Assembly (NCBI GenBank): GCA_965116925.1 | Contig: OZ220744.1 | Span: 3,392,001 to 3,456,000 of the forward strand | Reading direction: 5' to 3' | DNA: 64,000 nucleotides | Source of the DNA: Candidatus Poribacteria bacterium | GTDB lineage: Bacteria > Poribacteria > WGA-4E > PCPOR2b | In this document: positions 1 to 10,490 of the stretch, piece after piece | Layout: the number at the start of each line of letters is the position of its first letter | Numbering within the stretch: the stretch's first letter is position 1 | Program-made: the position numbers and the translations under genes | Notes under the pieces: model-generated | What the model was told of the DNA's origin: nothing | Database searches by the model: none | What the model saw: the letters and a program-made list of their open reading frames with translations, nothing else

Positions 1-1
1 T

Positions 2-502
2 TTCGGACTGGTCAATGCCAATGAGAAATATATCGAATGGGGCTGGCATATCCCAAAAGAGATTCGATTATTTGCAGGGGACGGTGGTGGAGGTATGTTT
101 GGCATCTGGCTACCCGAAACGGACAATCCGATTTATAACCACCCGATTATTGAGGTAGGGGAGTTGCCGGGTGAGGAAGGCTGCATGGGTATTGCAGGGA
201 CTAACCTGTTGTCTTTCTTGCGCGGATGGAGTGCCTACCAGATGATGGGGCAGCACGCAATACTGGAAAAAGTTGACAAATCGAAAGAATCGGAATTTCT
301 GGATAAATTGCAAGTTCCACGATGGCTAAGGTCTGAACACTTCGATCAGAGCCAATATGACGCAACCCACGCCTGGGACGATCCCCACTTTACACAACTG
401 AGAAAATGGGCAGATCCTCAGTTGTCTGATCCGTCCGGCAGTTCCTATAACCAAGAATACACTATAGCCGACCTCAAGCGGATTTTCGGTGAATCAAAGT
501 GA
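2..502 (+). CDS. SMI1/KNR4 (SUKH)-like immunity protein, 5'-truncated by window edge
   Basis: Frame is open from base 2 (FGLVNANEKYIEWGWHIPKEIRLF...). Clear paralog of 4869..5567 (GIWL.E..NPIYNHPIIEVG, KWADPQL.DP.G.SY). Confidence 0.7.
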   Translation, partial: FGLVNANEKYIEWGWHIPKEIRLFAGDGGGGMFGIWLPETDNPIYNHPIIEVGELPGEEGCMGIAGTNLLSFLRGWSAYQMMGQHAILEKVDKSKESEFLDKLQVPRWLRSEHFDQSQYDATHAWDDPHFTQLRKWADPQLSDPSGSSYNQEYTIADLKRIFGESK

Positions 503-509
503 ATTAAGG

Positions 510-630
510 TATGAAACGGATAGTAACCTCTATTACTACGCTGTCCGCTCCTACGACCCCGACATCGGCAGGTTTACCCGGCGAGATCCCATTGGCGATG
601 GCGTGAATTGGTATGTTTATTGCACAACAA
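510..630 (+). pseudogene. RHS repeat-associated core domain remnant
   Basis: Manual translation YETDSNLYYYAVRSYDPDIGRFTRRDPIGDGVNWYVYC matches the RHS core pattern. No start codon or toxin tip; ends at a MITE end near 639. Confidence 0.8.
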
Positions 631-759
631 CGGACAACTATGGTGAATTAGAGAAATAAGTAGACACTTGCCCCCTCGGTAGGTGCGGTATCCTAACCAC
701 ACAGTATAGGTGCAGCTGGAAACAGCGCTTACCAAACGGGGGAACGGTATTGTGGAGGC

Positions 760-2310
760 TTGAAAATGTACAGACGAACGATGATTCTTGTCGCTTTAAT
801 TATGTTACCTTTTCTGAATTTCAATTGTATTATTGATGAGGAGTCCCTGAATTGCCCATCTTGGTCAAAAAAGAATATCGAGTTCTTGGTCAAAAAGCTA
901 TCGAGTTCAAAGAATGTAGAGCATCGTGCATGTGCTGCGCTAAAGCTCGGTTGGATAGGTGAACCGGCGGCGAAGCAAGGAGTTCCTGCATTGATACAGG
1001 CACTGACCGATGAACACTATCTGGTGCGCTCTTACGCTGCGTCGGCTTTAGACGATATGGGCGCAGCGGGGGTGCGAGCTGTTCCCGCATTGATAGAAAG
1101 GTTAAATAACGATAAAGATGGAAGGGTCATCAACGATGTGGCTCGGACATTGGGTAGAATCGGACCAGTGGCGAAAGACGCGGTCCCCGCTTTGGTAAAG
1201 TTGGCGCAGGAAAATCGGTCAGATCTCTATCTTCCGCCGATCGTTCTGGCAGTATTTCAGATTGACCAGACTGCATTTTATCAAATCGAGTTACCCACTC
1301 AAGCACTTGTCGTGATGATGGTGGAAGAGTTCATAAGGTTTAATTATGATAGCGCATTACAGGTCGTTGATGACGGGACAGTGGTATCGGTTTTGATAGA
1401 GGCACTGGGGGATGAAGATTCGTTGGTTCGCTATGACGCTGCTAGAGCGTTGGCGCGGATGACCCCAACAGCTCAGGCGGCGGTCCCAGCGTTGACAGTC
1501 GCTTTGAACGATACATCTGAGTATGTGCGCAGTTATGCCACGATTGCACTGGGGGAAATTAGAGAAAATGTGCCGTTACAGGCATTGATAGCAGTCTTAA
1601 GGGATGTAGATACGGACCTTGCTATAGACGCTGCGGAAGCACTTGGAAAGATTAGGGATCCGGCAGCGGTGCCTGCATTAATAGAGACGTTGGGGAATGA
1701 AAGTCAAGCAATTGATCTAACGGTCGCAGCAGCTTCGGCTTTAGGTGAGATTGGTGATCCCAGTGCGACACAACCGCTGCAAAAAACCTTGCGTGAAACA
1801 CAATCACCAAAACTTCGTATTTCTGCAGCTTTGGCTTTGTATCGAGTCAATAGGTCTCAGAGGGATACGATCATTCATACCCTGAAAGACGAGTTACAGC
1901 CGGGCAAACACAATTTGAATCGCGTCAACGCTGCGGCTGCTCTGTATCGAGTAGATCCATCTCAACGTGATGTCGTGGTTTCCCTACTTATTGACCTTGT
2001 TCTGACAAAGCCGAAACGTCGAGCAGGTTATGATCATCGAAGTAATGCTGCAAAGGCTTTGGGTGAGATGGGCGAAGCCGCCCACGAGGCAGCACCGGTG
2101 TTAATTGATCTCATCATGAATCCACGCGATTATATTCCGATTCGTACAATAAAGGATGCGATTGTTCGCATTGGTGAACCATCCGTTCCAAAGTTGATAG
2201 AAACATTGACGGATAAGAGATGGCCCTTTTACACCAAGTCCTTTCACCTGCTGAAACGGATTGGCACACCTGAAGCGATGAAAGCAATCGAAGGGTTTGA
2301 AGGGAGATGA
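760..2310 (+). CDS. HEAT/PBS-lyase repeat protein with signal/lipoprotein-like N-terminus
   Basis: Repeated VPALI.AL.D...VR..AA.ALG.IG units; hydrophobic N-terminus followed by Cys. Confidence 0.85.
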   Translation: MKMYRRTMILVALIMLPFLNFNCIIDEESLNCPSWSKKNIEFLVKKLSSSKNVEHRACAALKLGWIGEPAAKQGVPALIQALTDEHYLVRSYAASALDDMGAAGVRAVPALIERLNNDKDGRVINDVARTLGRIGPVAKDAVPALVKLAQENRSDLYLPPIVLAVFQIDQTAFYQIELPTQALVVMMVEEFIRFNYDSALQVVDDGTVVSVLIEALGDEDSLVRYDAARALARMTPTAQAAVPALTVALNDTSEYVRSYATIALGEIRENVPLQALIAVLRDVDTDLAIDAAEALGKIRDPAAVPALIETLGNESQAIDLTVAAASALGEIGDPSATQPLQKTLRETQSPKLRISAALALYRVNRSQRDTIIHTLKDELQPGKHNLNRVNAAAALYRVDPSQRDVVVSLLIDLVLTKPKRRAGYDHRSNAAKALGEMGEAAHEAAPVLIDLIMNPRDYIPIRTIKDAIVRIGEPSVPKLIETLTDKRWPFYTKSFHLLKRIGTPEAMKAIEGFEGR

Positions 2311-3452
2311 TTATCATGGCTAAGTATCTTTTGCTTCTATTTACACTGATAAGTCTAGAGTGGCACAAAAAGGATGTTGCGTTTTTGATTGAAAAGCTAG
2401 AGAACAGTGATATAAGCGATCGCGATGTGGCGGCAACTGCGGTGGGTATGATTGGTGAACCCGCTCAAGCTGCGGTTCCTGCGTTAATTGGAGTCTTGGA
2501 AGATGAGATTGCTTGGACGCGGCGCAATGCAGCAGGGTTGTTAGATCCAAAACCGAAGGGATTTAGAAAGGAGGAGTTTAGCAGGGAGATGGTTCGGTGC
2601 GCTGTGACATGGGCGTTCGGTCAGATTGGACCCCCTGCGATAGACGCAGTTCCAGTGCTGCTGCTGGCTCTCAAGGATCCAGATAAAACCGTGCGTAGCA
2701 ATGCCGCGAAGTCGTTGGGTCAAATTGGGAAGCAGGATATAGCACTTCTACCGGATTTAATTCGAGCCATGAACGATGAGTCGTGGGGAGTCCGGGTCAG
2801 CGCAGCGTATGCCGTGTATCGAACCGATCGCTCAAAGTGGGATATAGTACTTCCGCTATTGACGGAGGCTATCAACCATAAAAATTATGATGTTCGTTCT
2901 GATGCTGTTCGTGTCTTAGGCGATATTAAGGCACCGATTCAGGACGTGATGCCGCTGTTGGTTCAGGCATTCAACGATGAAAACGCCTCTGTTCGTCGCG
3001 GCACTCCGGAGGCTCTGGGCAAGATTGGAGACCCTGTTGCGGTGCCTGTGTTGAGAGAAGCCTTGCAGGATGAGGACAGTAGCATGGTGAAAAGAGTAGC
3101 GATCGCGCTGACACAGATTGATGCGCCTGAAGCGTTGCAAACTCTCATCTCCGCGTTGAATGATCCGGATAGTACGGTCCGTTACCATGTCTCTGATGCC
3201 TTGGAAAAAATGAACCCGTCACCGAAAGACGCGGCTGAGGCGTTGATAGCGACACTCAACGATACAGATCCCTCAGTTCGTCGTAATGCGGCTAGCGCAT
3301 TAGGGCAGATTGGAGACCCTGCCGCTGTCCCCATGCTAAGAAAGAACTTGACTCATCGGAATCCATGGGTCCGTAAAGCGGCGATTGACGCACTCAAGAA
3401 GATTGGCACCCCAGAAGCCCTGAAAGCCGTTCAGGAATTTGATGGCAAATAA
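2307..3452 (+). CDS. HEAT/PBS-lyase repeat protein
   Basis: Same repeat type; ATGA overlap with the previous gene; shares the C-terminal IGTPEA.KA motif. Confidence 0.85.
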   Translation: MIIMAKYLLLLFTLISLEWHKKDVAFLIEKLENSDISDRDVAATAVGMIGEPAQAAVPALIGVLEDEIAWTRRNAAGLLDPKPKGFRKEEFSREMVRCAVTWAFGQIGPPAIDAVPVLLLALKDPDKTVRSNAAKSLGQIGKQDIALLPDLIRAMNDESWGVRVSAAYAVYRTDRSKWDIVLPLLTEAINHKNYDVRSDAVRVLGDIKAPIQDVMPLLVQAFNDENASVRRGTPEALGKIGDPVAVPVLREALQDEDSSMVKRVAIALTQIDAPEALQTLISALNDPDSTVRYHVSDALEKMNPSPKDAAEALIATLNDTDPSVRRNAASALGQIGDPAAVPMLRKNLTHRNPWVRKAAIDALKKIGTPEALKAVQEFDGK

Positions 3453-3645
3453 CAGGATTGAGACAACCCCCGCTTTGCCCTTAACCCCGGAGAGACTTCA
3501 TTACGTTGCTATTGAACGTGAAGATGCCACCACGGACGCGATGATATTTTTTATCATCCGCTTGGATCCGACGGGTAGACCGGTCAAAATAGAATATACT
3601 TCTTCAAACCACGACGCACACAATGTTAAAGTGATAACGAGGTGA
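3439..3645 (+). pseudogene. C-terminal fragment paralogous to the two downstream lipoproteins
   Basis: PALPLTPERL...FIIRLDPTGRP..IEY aligns with the C-termini of 3650..4201 and 4207..4854. Confidence 0.6.
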
Positions 3646-3649
3646 CAAA

Positions 3650-4201
3650 ATGAGACGAGTGATTGTCGTTTTTCTCATCTGTGTCGGTTGTTTGGGTTCG
3701 GGTGGGTGTAATACGCTTACTCTGGAGCATGGCTATACACACCCCCATTCCGCAGTGACGGCACCGACTTTTTGTTTCTACGAGGGTTGGGATGAACATT
3801 CACAACCGATCCCAATCTACGAGATGATCATTGCTAGACAGGAGAAATTCAGTGGAGATGAGCGATTCGAGTGGAACAATTGGCGATCGTGGAGCAAGGG
3901 CCGATACGCTGACCAAGTGACATGGAGAATCCAATATGTGCCTGATGACCACGACCAGGCTTTGACGAAACCGTTGTCTTGTATTACCTACGGCAAAGCA
4001 CCGCCGGGGTATGACGAGCCAATCCCTCCATTGCCTCTGATCCCTGAAAGAATTTATGACGTCTCGATTCGGTCGAAGCACCGGGTCTGGGGGGTGTACT
4101 TTATCATCCGTGCAGATTCAACGGGGCACCCCACTCAATTGGAAGTTAATCACGTTGATCGCTACGGACGTGATGACATTCACATCATAACTCAGGAGTA
4201 G
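3650..4201 (+). CDS. Putative lipoprotein, unknown function
   Basis: Hydrophobic N-terminus plus GGC lipobox-like site; paralog of 4207..4854. Confidence 0.7.
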   Translation: MRRVIVVFLICVGCLGSGGCNTLTLEHGYTHPHSAVTAPTFCFYEGWDEHSQPIPIYEMIIARQEKFSGDERFEWNNWRSWSKGRYADQVTWRIQYVPDDHDQALTKPLSCITYGKAPPGYDEPIPPLPLIPERIYDVSIRSKHRVWGVYFIIRADSTGHPTQLEVNHVDRYGRDDIHIITQE

Positions 4202-4206
4202 ATAAA

Positions 4207-4854
4207 ATGTATAAAGCGAAAATACGAATGCTGCGAGCCATTGCCGTTTTGCTTATCGGTATCAGTGCTCTGTTTTCGAGTGGCTGTGAGAGCAAGCTCA
4301 AGCTGCACGGCTTCGCACATCCCCATTCAGACGTGACGGCACCGACATTCTGTCTGCACGAGGGGGAGGCACACGACAAAAATGCACCGCCCTTTCCAAT
4401 CTACCGGATTATCGTTCTTCGGGATAAGCAAGAGAGAGGCAATCAACGCTTAGAGTGGCGCAATTGGATCTTGTGGCGAGATGGGCGACGCGGTTACCCA
4501 ATGGCATGGGAGATAGAATACGGAGATCCAGTGGCAGAGGCGAGATTGAACCGATACACTGACCAAGTCGCATGGGTGATGGAATACGCGCCGGATCCCG
4601 AAGCGCAACCCTCGCCGAGACCGTTCTCTTGCATCACCTATGGCAAAGTACCGCCGGGGTACATCGAGAAAATCCCTGCTGTGCCCTTAATCCCGGAAAG
4701 GCTTTACGCGGTTCTGCTTGAAACCCAAGAAGTCACTGCACGGGGTGGGGTGTATTTTATCATCCGCTTAGATTTAGCGGGGCACCCGACTCAATTGGAA
4801 TACACTATCAAACCGACACGACTTGACCAGATTCGCGAGATTACCCAAGAGTGA
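4207..4854 (+). CDS. Putative lipoprotein, unknown function
   Basis: SSGC lipobox-like site; shares HPHS.VTAPTFC and SCITYGK.PPGY motifs with 3650..4201. Confidence 0.7.
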   Translation: MYKAKIRMLRAIAVLLIGISALFSSGCESKLKLHGFAHPHSDVTAPTFCLHEGEAHDKNAPPFPIYRIIVLRDKQERGNQRLEWRNWILWRDGRRGYPMAWEIEYGDPVAEARLNRYTDQVAWVMEYAPDPEAQPSPRPFSCITYGKVPPGYIEKIPAVPLIPERLYAVLLETQEVTARGGVYFIIRLDLAGHPTQLEYTIKPTRLDQIREITQE

Positions 4855-4868
4855 AGGGATATATAAAA

Positions 4869-5567
4869 ATGACCATTCAGACACTTTTAGATGCTTGGAA
4901 GGCATCTGGCGTACATACCTCGATTGAAGCACCTGCCACTGAAGCAGAAATCCAAGCAGCGGAGAACAAAATCGGGGCGACGCTGCCTAATCTCTTGCGC
5001 GAAGTGTATCCGTTATTCAATGGAGGCTGGGCTTGGGAATTGGATTTTTTGCCGCTTGAACCTACGCCCAAAAGTTATGGACTGACTCGTGGAAATGAGC
5101 AGTTTATTGAATATGGGTGGGATATACCAAAAGAGATTCGCCTGTTTGCACTTGAAGGGGGCTCGGATCTTTTTGGTATCTGGCTGGCTGAAGCAGGCAA
5201 TCCGATTTATAACCACCCGATTATTGAAGTTGGAATGATATTTGAGGCGGGCTGCATGGGACTCGCCGGCACGAACTTAATCTCATTTTTGCGCGGCTGG
5301 GCAGCTTTCCATCTTGTGTATGATGAACGCGATAAATTGTGGGCAGTCGAGTTAGGAGAGGATAAAGACGCGCCGAATCGATTAAAGCGAATACAGACCG
5401 CACTGGACATGCTACAGGTCCCACAATCTCTCAAAGGTGAGAACTTCGATGATGAAATGCCCCCTTTCAAAAAGTGGGCGGATCCCCAGTTGCCAGATCC
5501 TTACGGCACTTCCTATAGCCAGCGATACACCATTGGAGACCTCAAGAAATTGTTCGGTGTAACTTAA
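4869..5567 (+). CDS. SMI1/KNR4 (SUKH) family protein
   Basis: PATEAEIQAAE.KIG..LP..LRE.Y..FNG signature at the N-terminus. Confidence 0.85.
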   Translation: MTIQTLLDAWKASGVHTSIEAPATEAEIQAAENKIGATLPNLLREVYPLFNGGWAWELDFLPLEPTPKSYGLTRGNEQFIEYGWDIPKEIRLFALEGGSDLFGIWLAEAGNPIYNHPIIEVGMIFEAGCMGLAGTNLISFLRGWAAFHLVYDERDKLWAVELGEDKDAPNRLKRIQTALDMLQVPQSLKGENFDDEMPPFKKWADPQLPDPYGTSYSQRYTIGDLKKLFGVT

Positions 5568-5653
5568 CTGTATCAGCATAGAGACAACCAAGACTGAGCG
5601 CGTTGCTTGCCTTTTTCGTTTAAGGTCATAACAACGCGTATAAGGAAACCGTA

Positions 5654-6259
5654 ATGACGCCAACCGCCGAATACAATCAACGTCAATATCAACTGATGGC
5701 AAAATTTTTGGACGAGGTCGATTACTCTAATGTCGAGGGCTTAGGTCAATTGGTTGATAGTCTCTCAGCATTACTGGGGACTCTCGAAGAACCGGATGAA
5801 GTTTGGGAGGCAGATTTCATAAGCGCGTGGGCAACGTTAGAGTTAATTTACGCCGTTGCTCGTGTCAACTATGAGGAGGCTCCTGATGATTTTACAAACC
5901 AATTGTCCGTTGAATCTATAAACCGAGCCGAGGAAGCCGTAAAACAGTTAAAAGAGATGGTGAAGGCTGTTAGCTCAATTGAGATTACCAAAGCGGCAAA
6001 AAAAAAGTTAGAAACCATCGCCCAGAAGTTTGGTAGGACCACGGATGATATGTTGTCAGAAGCCCTCGCTTCAAACTCGACATTTCGGGATACAGACACA
6101 GGAAACCTCAATATATGGATTTCCCGTCCGGACAATTCGTCGGGGCTAATTCGAGTGATACTCAATCCTTCGGGGGAACGGGTTATATCCGGCGGGCTTA
6201 ACCACGGAAAAGACATACGAAATATGCTGAAAAAAGAACGTTTCATTTACATTTCGTGA
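5654..6259 (+). CDS. Hypothetical protein, possibly a chimera of an immunity-like helical half and a toxin-tip-like half
   Basis: 201-aa ORF with an acidic helical N-half and a basic alpha/beta C-half; lies in an immunity array. Confidence 0.55.
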   Translation: MTPTAEYNQRQYQLMAKFLDEVDYSNVEGLGQLVDSLSALLGTLEEPDEVWEADFISAWATLELIYAVARVNYEEAPDDFTNQLSVESINRAEEAVKQLKEMVKAVSSIEITKAAKKKLETIAQKFGRTTDDMLSEALASNSTFRDTDTGNLNIWISRPDNSSGLIRVILNPSGERVISGGLNHGKDIRNMLKKERFIYIS

Positions 6260-6284
6260 AAGCAGTCTATCAAAAGGAGCAACC

Positions 6285-6608
6285 GTGGACTATCTAGCTG
6301 TATTACAGGGTATGGTCACTCGTCTATTAGATGGTACTTGGACCGTGTCAGAATTCCATGACCATTTCTATACGTTCTTTGTTGATGAAGTTCCAGATAA
6401 CGTGCTTTCAGACACAGATTTTTCATTTTTCTGTGAAATCCACGAAAAACTGGACTGGACGGCTGAGGCTCCGGATTCGGCAAGTCGAAGTGATGGTTGG
6501 ATAGATGAGGGGGCATACTTGAATTGGATTCGGAAAATATACGCTTTATATATGAAAGGTGAATGGAGTGAAAGGTGTAGATGGGGATCCACTGAGGCGG
6601 CTCAATAA
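6285..6608 (+). CDS. Small acidic helical protein, colicin-D-immunity-like
   Basis: AGGAG RBS before GTG; L..G.W.V.EF...FY pattern and acidic composition. Family call is tentative. Confidence 0.5.
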   Translation: MDYLAVLQGMVTRLLDGTWTVSEFHDHFYTFFVDEVPDNVLSDTDFSFFCEIHEKLDWTAEAPDSASRSDGWIDEGAYLNWIRKIYALYMKGEWSERCRWGSTEAAQ

Positions 6609-6673
6609 CGGATAAGATAGGGTATTGGGACAAGTAGCATGTTCCTGCTCTGCTGCACTACTGAACCAATGAG

Positions 6674-7453
6674 CTACCACGTATTGCGGATTGGCACCCC
6701 TTCGCTCTCAAGGTAACGCTTGATATGCTCAATTGAGAATTCGCCGTAATGGGTAATCGAAGCGACAATGGCTGCGTCGGCATTGCTCTCGACGAAGACA
6801 TCGCGGATGTGTTGTGGATTGCCAGCCCCGCCAGATGCAATGACAGGCACCGGGACGAGTGCTGCGATCGCTCCTGTCAGTTCTAGGTCGTATCCCGCTT
6901 TCGTTCCGTCTTGATCAATGCTGTTTGCCACGATTTCACCCGCACCCAATTCCACACCGTGTTGTGCCCACTGGAGCGCGTCTAACCCCATTGGACGACG
7001 ACCTCCATCGATGTAGATTTCAAACCCACTTGGGATTTCATCGCTTTTCGGGACCCGCTTGACCTGCATACTCAATACAACGCACTGACTCCCAAACGCC
7101 TTCGCACCCTCTGCGAGGAGTTGCGGATTCCTCACCGCGCCGGAGTCGATGCTCACCTTCTCCGCTCCCGCAAGGAGGACGCGGCGCATATCATCTAAGG
7201 TTCGAAGCCCACCGCCCACCGAGAAAGGGATGAAGATCTCTGCCGCGACCGCTGAAACGACATCAATCATAATGTCGCGTCTCTCGTTGCTGGCGGTGAT
7301 GTCATAAAACACAAGTTCGTCCACCCCGCCTTCATAGTACGCACGCGCCATCGCGACCGGATCGCCGACATCAATATTGCCTTGAAAAGCAACTCCCTTT
7401 GTGACCTTGCCCGCTCGAACATCGAGACACGGGATAATTCGTTTCGTAATCAT
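6674..7453 (-). CDS. hisF: Imidazole glycerol phosphate synthase cyclase subunit
   Basis: [24 protein letters not shown] and PVIASGGAG motifs. Confidence 0.97.
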   Translation of the reverse strand: MITKRIIPCLDVRAGKVTKGVAFQGNIDVGDPVAMARAYYEGGVDELVFYDITASNERRDIMIDVVSAVAAEIFIPFSVGGGLRTLDDMRRVLLAGAEKVSIDSGAVRNPQLLAEGAKAFGSQCVVLSMQVKRVPKSDEIPSGFEIYIDGGRRPMGLDALQWAQHGVELGAGEIVANSIDQDGTKAGYDLELTGAIAALVPVPVIASGGAGNPQHIRDVFVESNADAAIVASITHYGEFSIEHIKRYLESEGVPIRNTW

Positions 7454-7484
7454 GAAATAATTCTCAATCGTCGATTGGTTATTT

Positions 7485-8951
7485 TCAGTTATCGGTCTTC
7501 AACGTGGACTGATAAATTTTGAACACGCGCAGCTGGTCGATAGCCCGGATAATCCGCGGATCATATTCGTACTCATCTATGTCGTTTTCCGTCTCACGTG
7601 CGATTGCGAGTTTCAATCCAACATCGCTCAAGATAATCCCTTCCGCTGTCAGTGAATCGACCAGCCGTTGGTATTTCCTCAACAGTGAAGCGGCTTCGGT
7701 ATCATCCTTAGAGGCGTGCCGTGCCTTCTCCAACTGAGCGAGGATGTCATCCCCATTACTTTCAATAAAGGCTTGGATCTCTTTATGTTTTCGGAGTTTC
7801 TGCAACATCTGAATTTCAGAACGACTGAACCATGGATCTTCAATGTCAGGGACGATGCCAATTTTATGAATATCAACCCCATTTGGGCTGTAGTAGTGTG
7901 CGACTGTCAGTTTGACGGCGGCACCACCGCTCAGTGTAAAAATTTGCTGTACAGAGGCTTTCCCGAAGGTCTTTTCTCCCATCACCAAGCCACGCCCATG
8001 ATCTTTGATCGCACCGGCAACAATCTCGGACGCGCTTGCGCTGCCACCGTTGACAAGGACGATCAGGGGATAACGTTTTTGCTGTTTGCCTTTCTCTGCG
8101 TTGTATTCTTCGCGCGGTGTCTTGCCTTGCGTATAAACGATCAATTGTCCCGGTCCCACAAAGTCGCTGGCGATCTCAACTGCGGATCGCAGTAAGCCGC
8201 CTGGGTTAGATCGGAGATCTAAAATGAGCCCCTCTATTTCCTGTTGGTTAAAGGTTTCAAACACCTTATCCACATCATTAGCGGTGTTAGCGCGGAATTG
8301 GTTAATCCGTATGTATCCGATATTTTCCTTGAGGACCTTTGATTCGACACTAGGGAATTGGATAACATCACGTGTCAATGTGACTTCCAGCGGTTTCAAT
8401 TCACCTTCGCGAACAATCGTGATGGTGACCTGTGTCCCCGGCTCCCCTCGAAGATGTTCAACAGCATCGGTCGTTGTCATGTTCGTTGTCGATTTGCCTT
8501 CGATTTGGCTAATAATGTCGCCGCTCTGGAGCCCCGCTTTATCGGCGGGCGTTCCCTTGAAGGGGGAGATGATTGTTAGCTGATTATCTCGGATACCGAT
8601 CTCCATGCCGAGTCCACCGTAAGTGCCACGACTCTCCGTGCGAAAGTCCGCATAGTTTTCTGGAGGAAAAAATTGGCTGTATGGATCGAGCGTCCGCAGC
8701 ATCCCTCGAATTGCACCGTACATAAGTGGTTCGGAATCAGGAGAATCTAAGTGATTCTGTTGGATGTGCGCCAATACTTCTGAGAGCAACGATATATTTT
8801 CTAATAGTTTGTCATCTATTATATCTTTGGACGCATTGTTTTCCTCCTGTGTAAGCCCTAGGGTCGGTTGCAACAGCAGGATGAAAACCCAAGCGATGAG
8901 ACACGTCAGTAAATTAAATCTATAGCGTTGATACGATTTCTGCCTTTTCAT
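7485..8951 (-). CDS. ctpA: C-terminal processing peptidase S41 with PDZ domain
   Basis: LDPYS, GLG.EIG (PDZ), [16 protein letters not shown] and TFGK.SVQ motifs. Confidence 0.9.
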   Translation of the reverse strand: MKRQKSYQRYRFNLLTCLIAWVFILLLQPTLGLTQEENNASKDIIDDKLLENISLLSEVLAHIQQNHLDSPDSEPLMYGAIRGMLRTLDPYSQFFPPENYADFRTESRGTYGGLGMEIGIRDNQLTIISPFKGTPADKAGLQSGDIISQIEGKSTTNMTTTDAVEHLRGEPGTQVTITIVREGELKPLEVTLTRDVIQFPSVESKVLKENIGYIRINQFRANTANDVDKVFETFNQQEIEGLILDLRSNPGGLLRSAVEIASDFVGPGQLIVYTQGKTPREEYNAEKGKQQKRYPLIVLVNGGSASASEIVAGAIKDHGRGLVMGEKTFGKASVQQIFTLSGGAAVKLTVAHYYSPNGVDIHKIGIVPDIEDPWFSRSEIQMLQKLRKHKEIQAFIESNGDDILAQLEKARHASKDDTEAASLLRKYQRLVDSLTAEGIILSDVGLKLAIARETENDIDEYEYDPRIIRAIDQLRVFKIYQSTLKTDN

Positions 8952-8959
8952 GGTGACTG

Positions 8960-9439
8960 TTATCCCGTCCTGAAAAAAAAGTGATATAAACGTCTGCTGT
9001 AGGATACACGAAACGCAATGTATGCCGAAACCACATAAAAGAGCAGGTCAATCCACTCCATGCGTTGGCGCATGAGTTGCCACACTGATGCGTCGTATCC
9101 AGTCGTCTCAACCATTTTTGGTTGATCTAACGGTGTATTCTCGATGATTGCGACCGTTACTGTTTGAGGGGCGTTCCATTGAACATCGAGATATTTGCCG
9201 AGCAGGATGCCAACAACAGCAAACAGTGCAGCAACTAGGCTGATAGAGACTTGCCGCGACCTGCCTACCAGTAACACGCCGATTCCTGTGAAGATACCGA
9301 TAGCAAGCGCAACCCACCCGGCAGTAAGCCCGGTCCATTGAATATATTTAGCCCAAAGCGCGCCCCCCAGCAACGCACCAACTAGCCCACCTAACGGTGC
9401 GAATGGGAGATGGCGTGGGGATTTATATGTATTGTCCAT
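8960..9439 (-). CDS. Membrane protein, unknown function
   Basis: Several hydrophobic Gly-rich segments. Confidence 0.7.
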   Translation of the reverse strand: MDNTYKSPRHLPFAPLGGLVGALLGGALWAKYIQWTGLTAGWVALAIGIFTGIGVLLVGRSRQVSISLVAALFAVVGILLGKYLDVQWNAPQTVTVAIIENTPLDQPKMVETTGYDASVWQLMRQRMEWIDLLFYVVSAYIAFRVSYSRRLYHFFFRTG

Positions 9440-9493
9440 TGTGCTTGACCTTTCTGAGGAGAATCAGATACACAGATCTACCATTCTGCTTAT

Positions 9494-10312
9494 CTAGCTA
9501 TCCTCGTCCTGTGAGGCAGCCAGTTGTGCACGGAGTTGTTCTAATTCCAACTCTACCTGTTGGCGGCGGTGTGCTTCCTGTTGGGCGCGTGCTTCTGCCT
9601 CGTGTCTGCGCTCGATTTCTGTTTGGGCAAGTGCTTGTGCCTCCTTTCGCAGCTGCATCTCCTCTGCGGAGGTGGTGATTGGAGTCCCATCAGGTAGATA
9701 GGGTCGTAAAAGCCGCACGTTGCCGATGTAGTCTTCCCAACGGAGCCATAGATTCAAACTATGACTAAATAATCCCCCTTCGGCATCGGGTTGGATACCT
9801 TCAATCTCACCGGCGGGACTTCGACGCCAACCGTGAAATTCTGGCGGTTTGTCTCCTTCGGGTTGATGGATAAAATACTCCGCTACTCCGATGTCAACGA
9901 GGTATTGCTTTAGCTTTGCCCCACGGTCCTGCGCGGCGGTGGAATCGGAAAGGAACTCAAACACGACCGTCGGCAAAGCCCCCTCTGCCCAGGTGTAGAA
10001 ACTGCGTCGCTCTGGATACTTCTCCGCACCCAAGACAACGTAGATGTCCGGGGCAACGAATTTGGTTCGGTTCCCTTCGTAATAGTAGATAAAACTGTCA
10101 ATACCGATGTAGACAGCCGATTCGGTGCTAAAATAACGCGCAAGTTGGTCGCTGAAGGTCCGAATCTGCACGCCGTGGAATCCGGTTGCAGCCATTGGCT
10201 CATCGTCCTCCGAGGGATAGCCCTCAATATAAACCGTGGGCTTGCCGGTGGCTCTTGGAAAGACCGGCATATATTTCTTTCGCTTGAAATTAAAATCCTT
10301 TACGGTGTCCAT
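9494..10312 (-). CDS. Uma2/DUF820 family endonuclease-like protein with C-terminal coiled coil
   Basis: YPS.D.EPMA, APD.YVV, VVFEFLS.ST...DRG.K and GV.EYF motifs. Confidence 0.9.
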   Translation of the reverse strand: MDTVKDFNFKRKKYMPVFPRATGKPTVYIEGYPSEDDEPMAATGFHGVQIRTFSDQLARYFSTESAVYIGIDSFIYYYEGNRTKFVAPDIYVVLGAEKYPERRSFYTWAEGALPTVVFEFLSDSTAAQDRGAKLKQYLVDIGVAEYFIHQPEGDKPPEFHGWRRSPAGEIEGIQPDAEGGLFSHSLNLWLRWEDYIGNVRLLRPYLPDGTPITTSAEEMQLRKEAQALAQTEIERRHEAEARAQQEAHRRQQVELELEQLRAQLAASQDEDS

Positions 10313-10490
10313 GAGTCCCCTCCATGTTCACAAATCCCCCATCAAGTTGAGGGCGAATTTGGTCGCTTGCGATAGTGAGACACAATTGGTATTTGAAACC
10401 GTAGAGACGTGGCTCTACGTGACAAAAACTCGGTTGCGTTGTCCGCCTTTTTTCCATGAGCGATCCTATCTATGCACACCCTTAGCTTGT

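Noticed and set aside
8266..8274. Perfect DnaA box TTATCCACA
   Set aside because: Single copy inside the S41 protease coding sequence; expected by chance.
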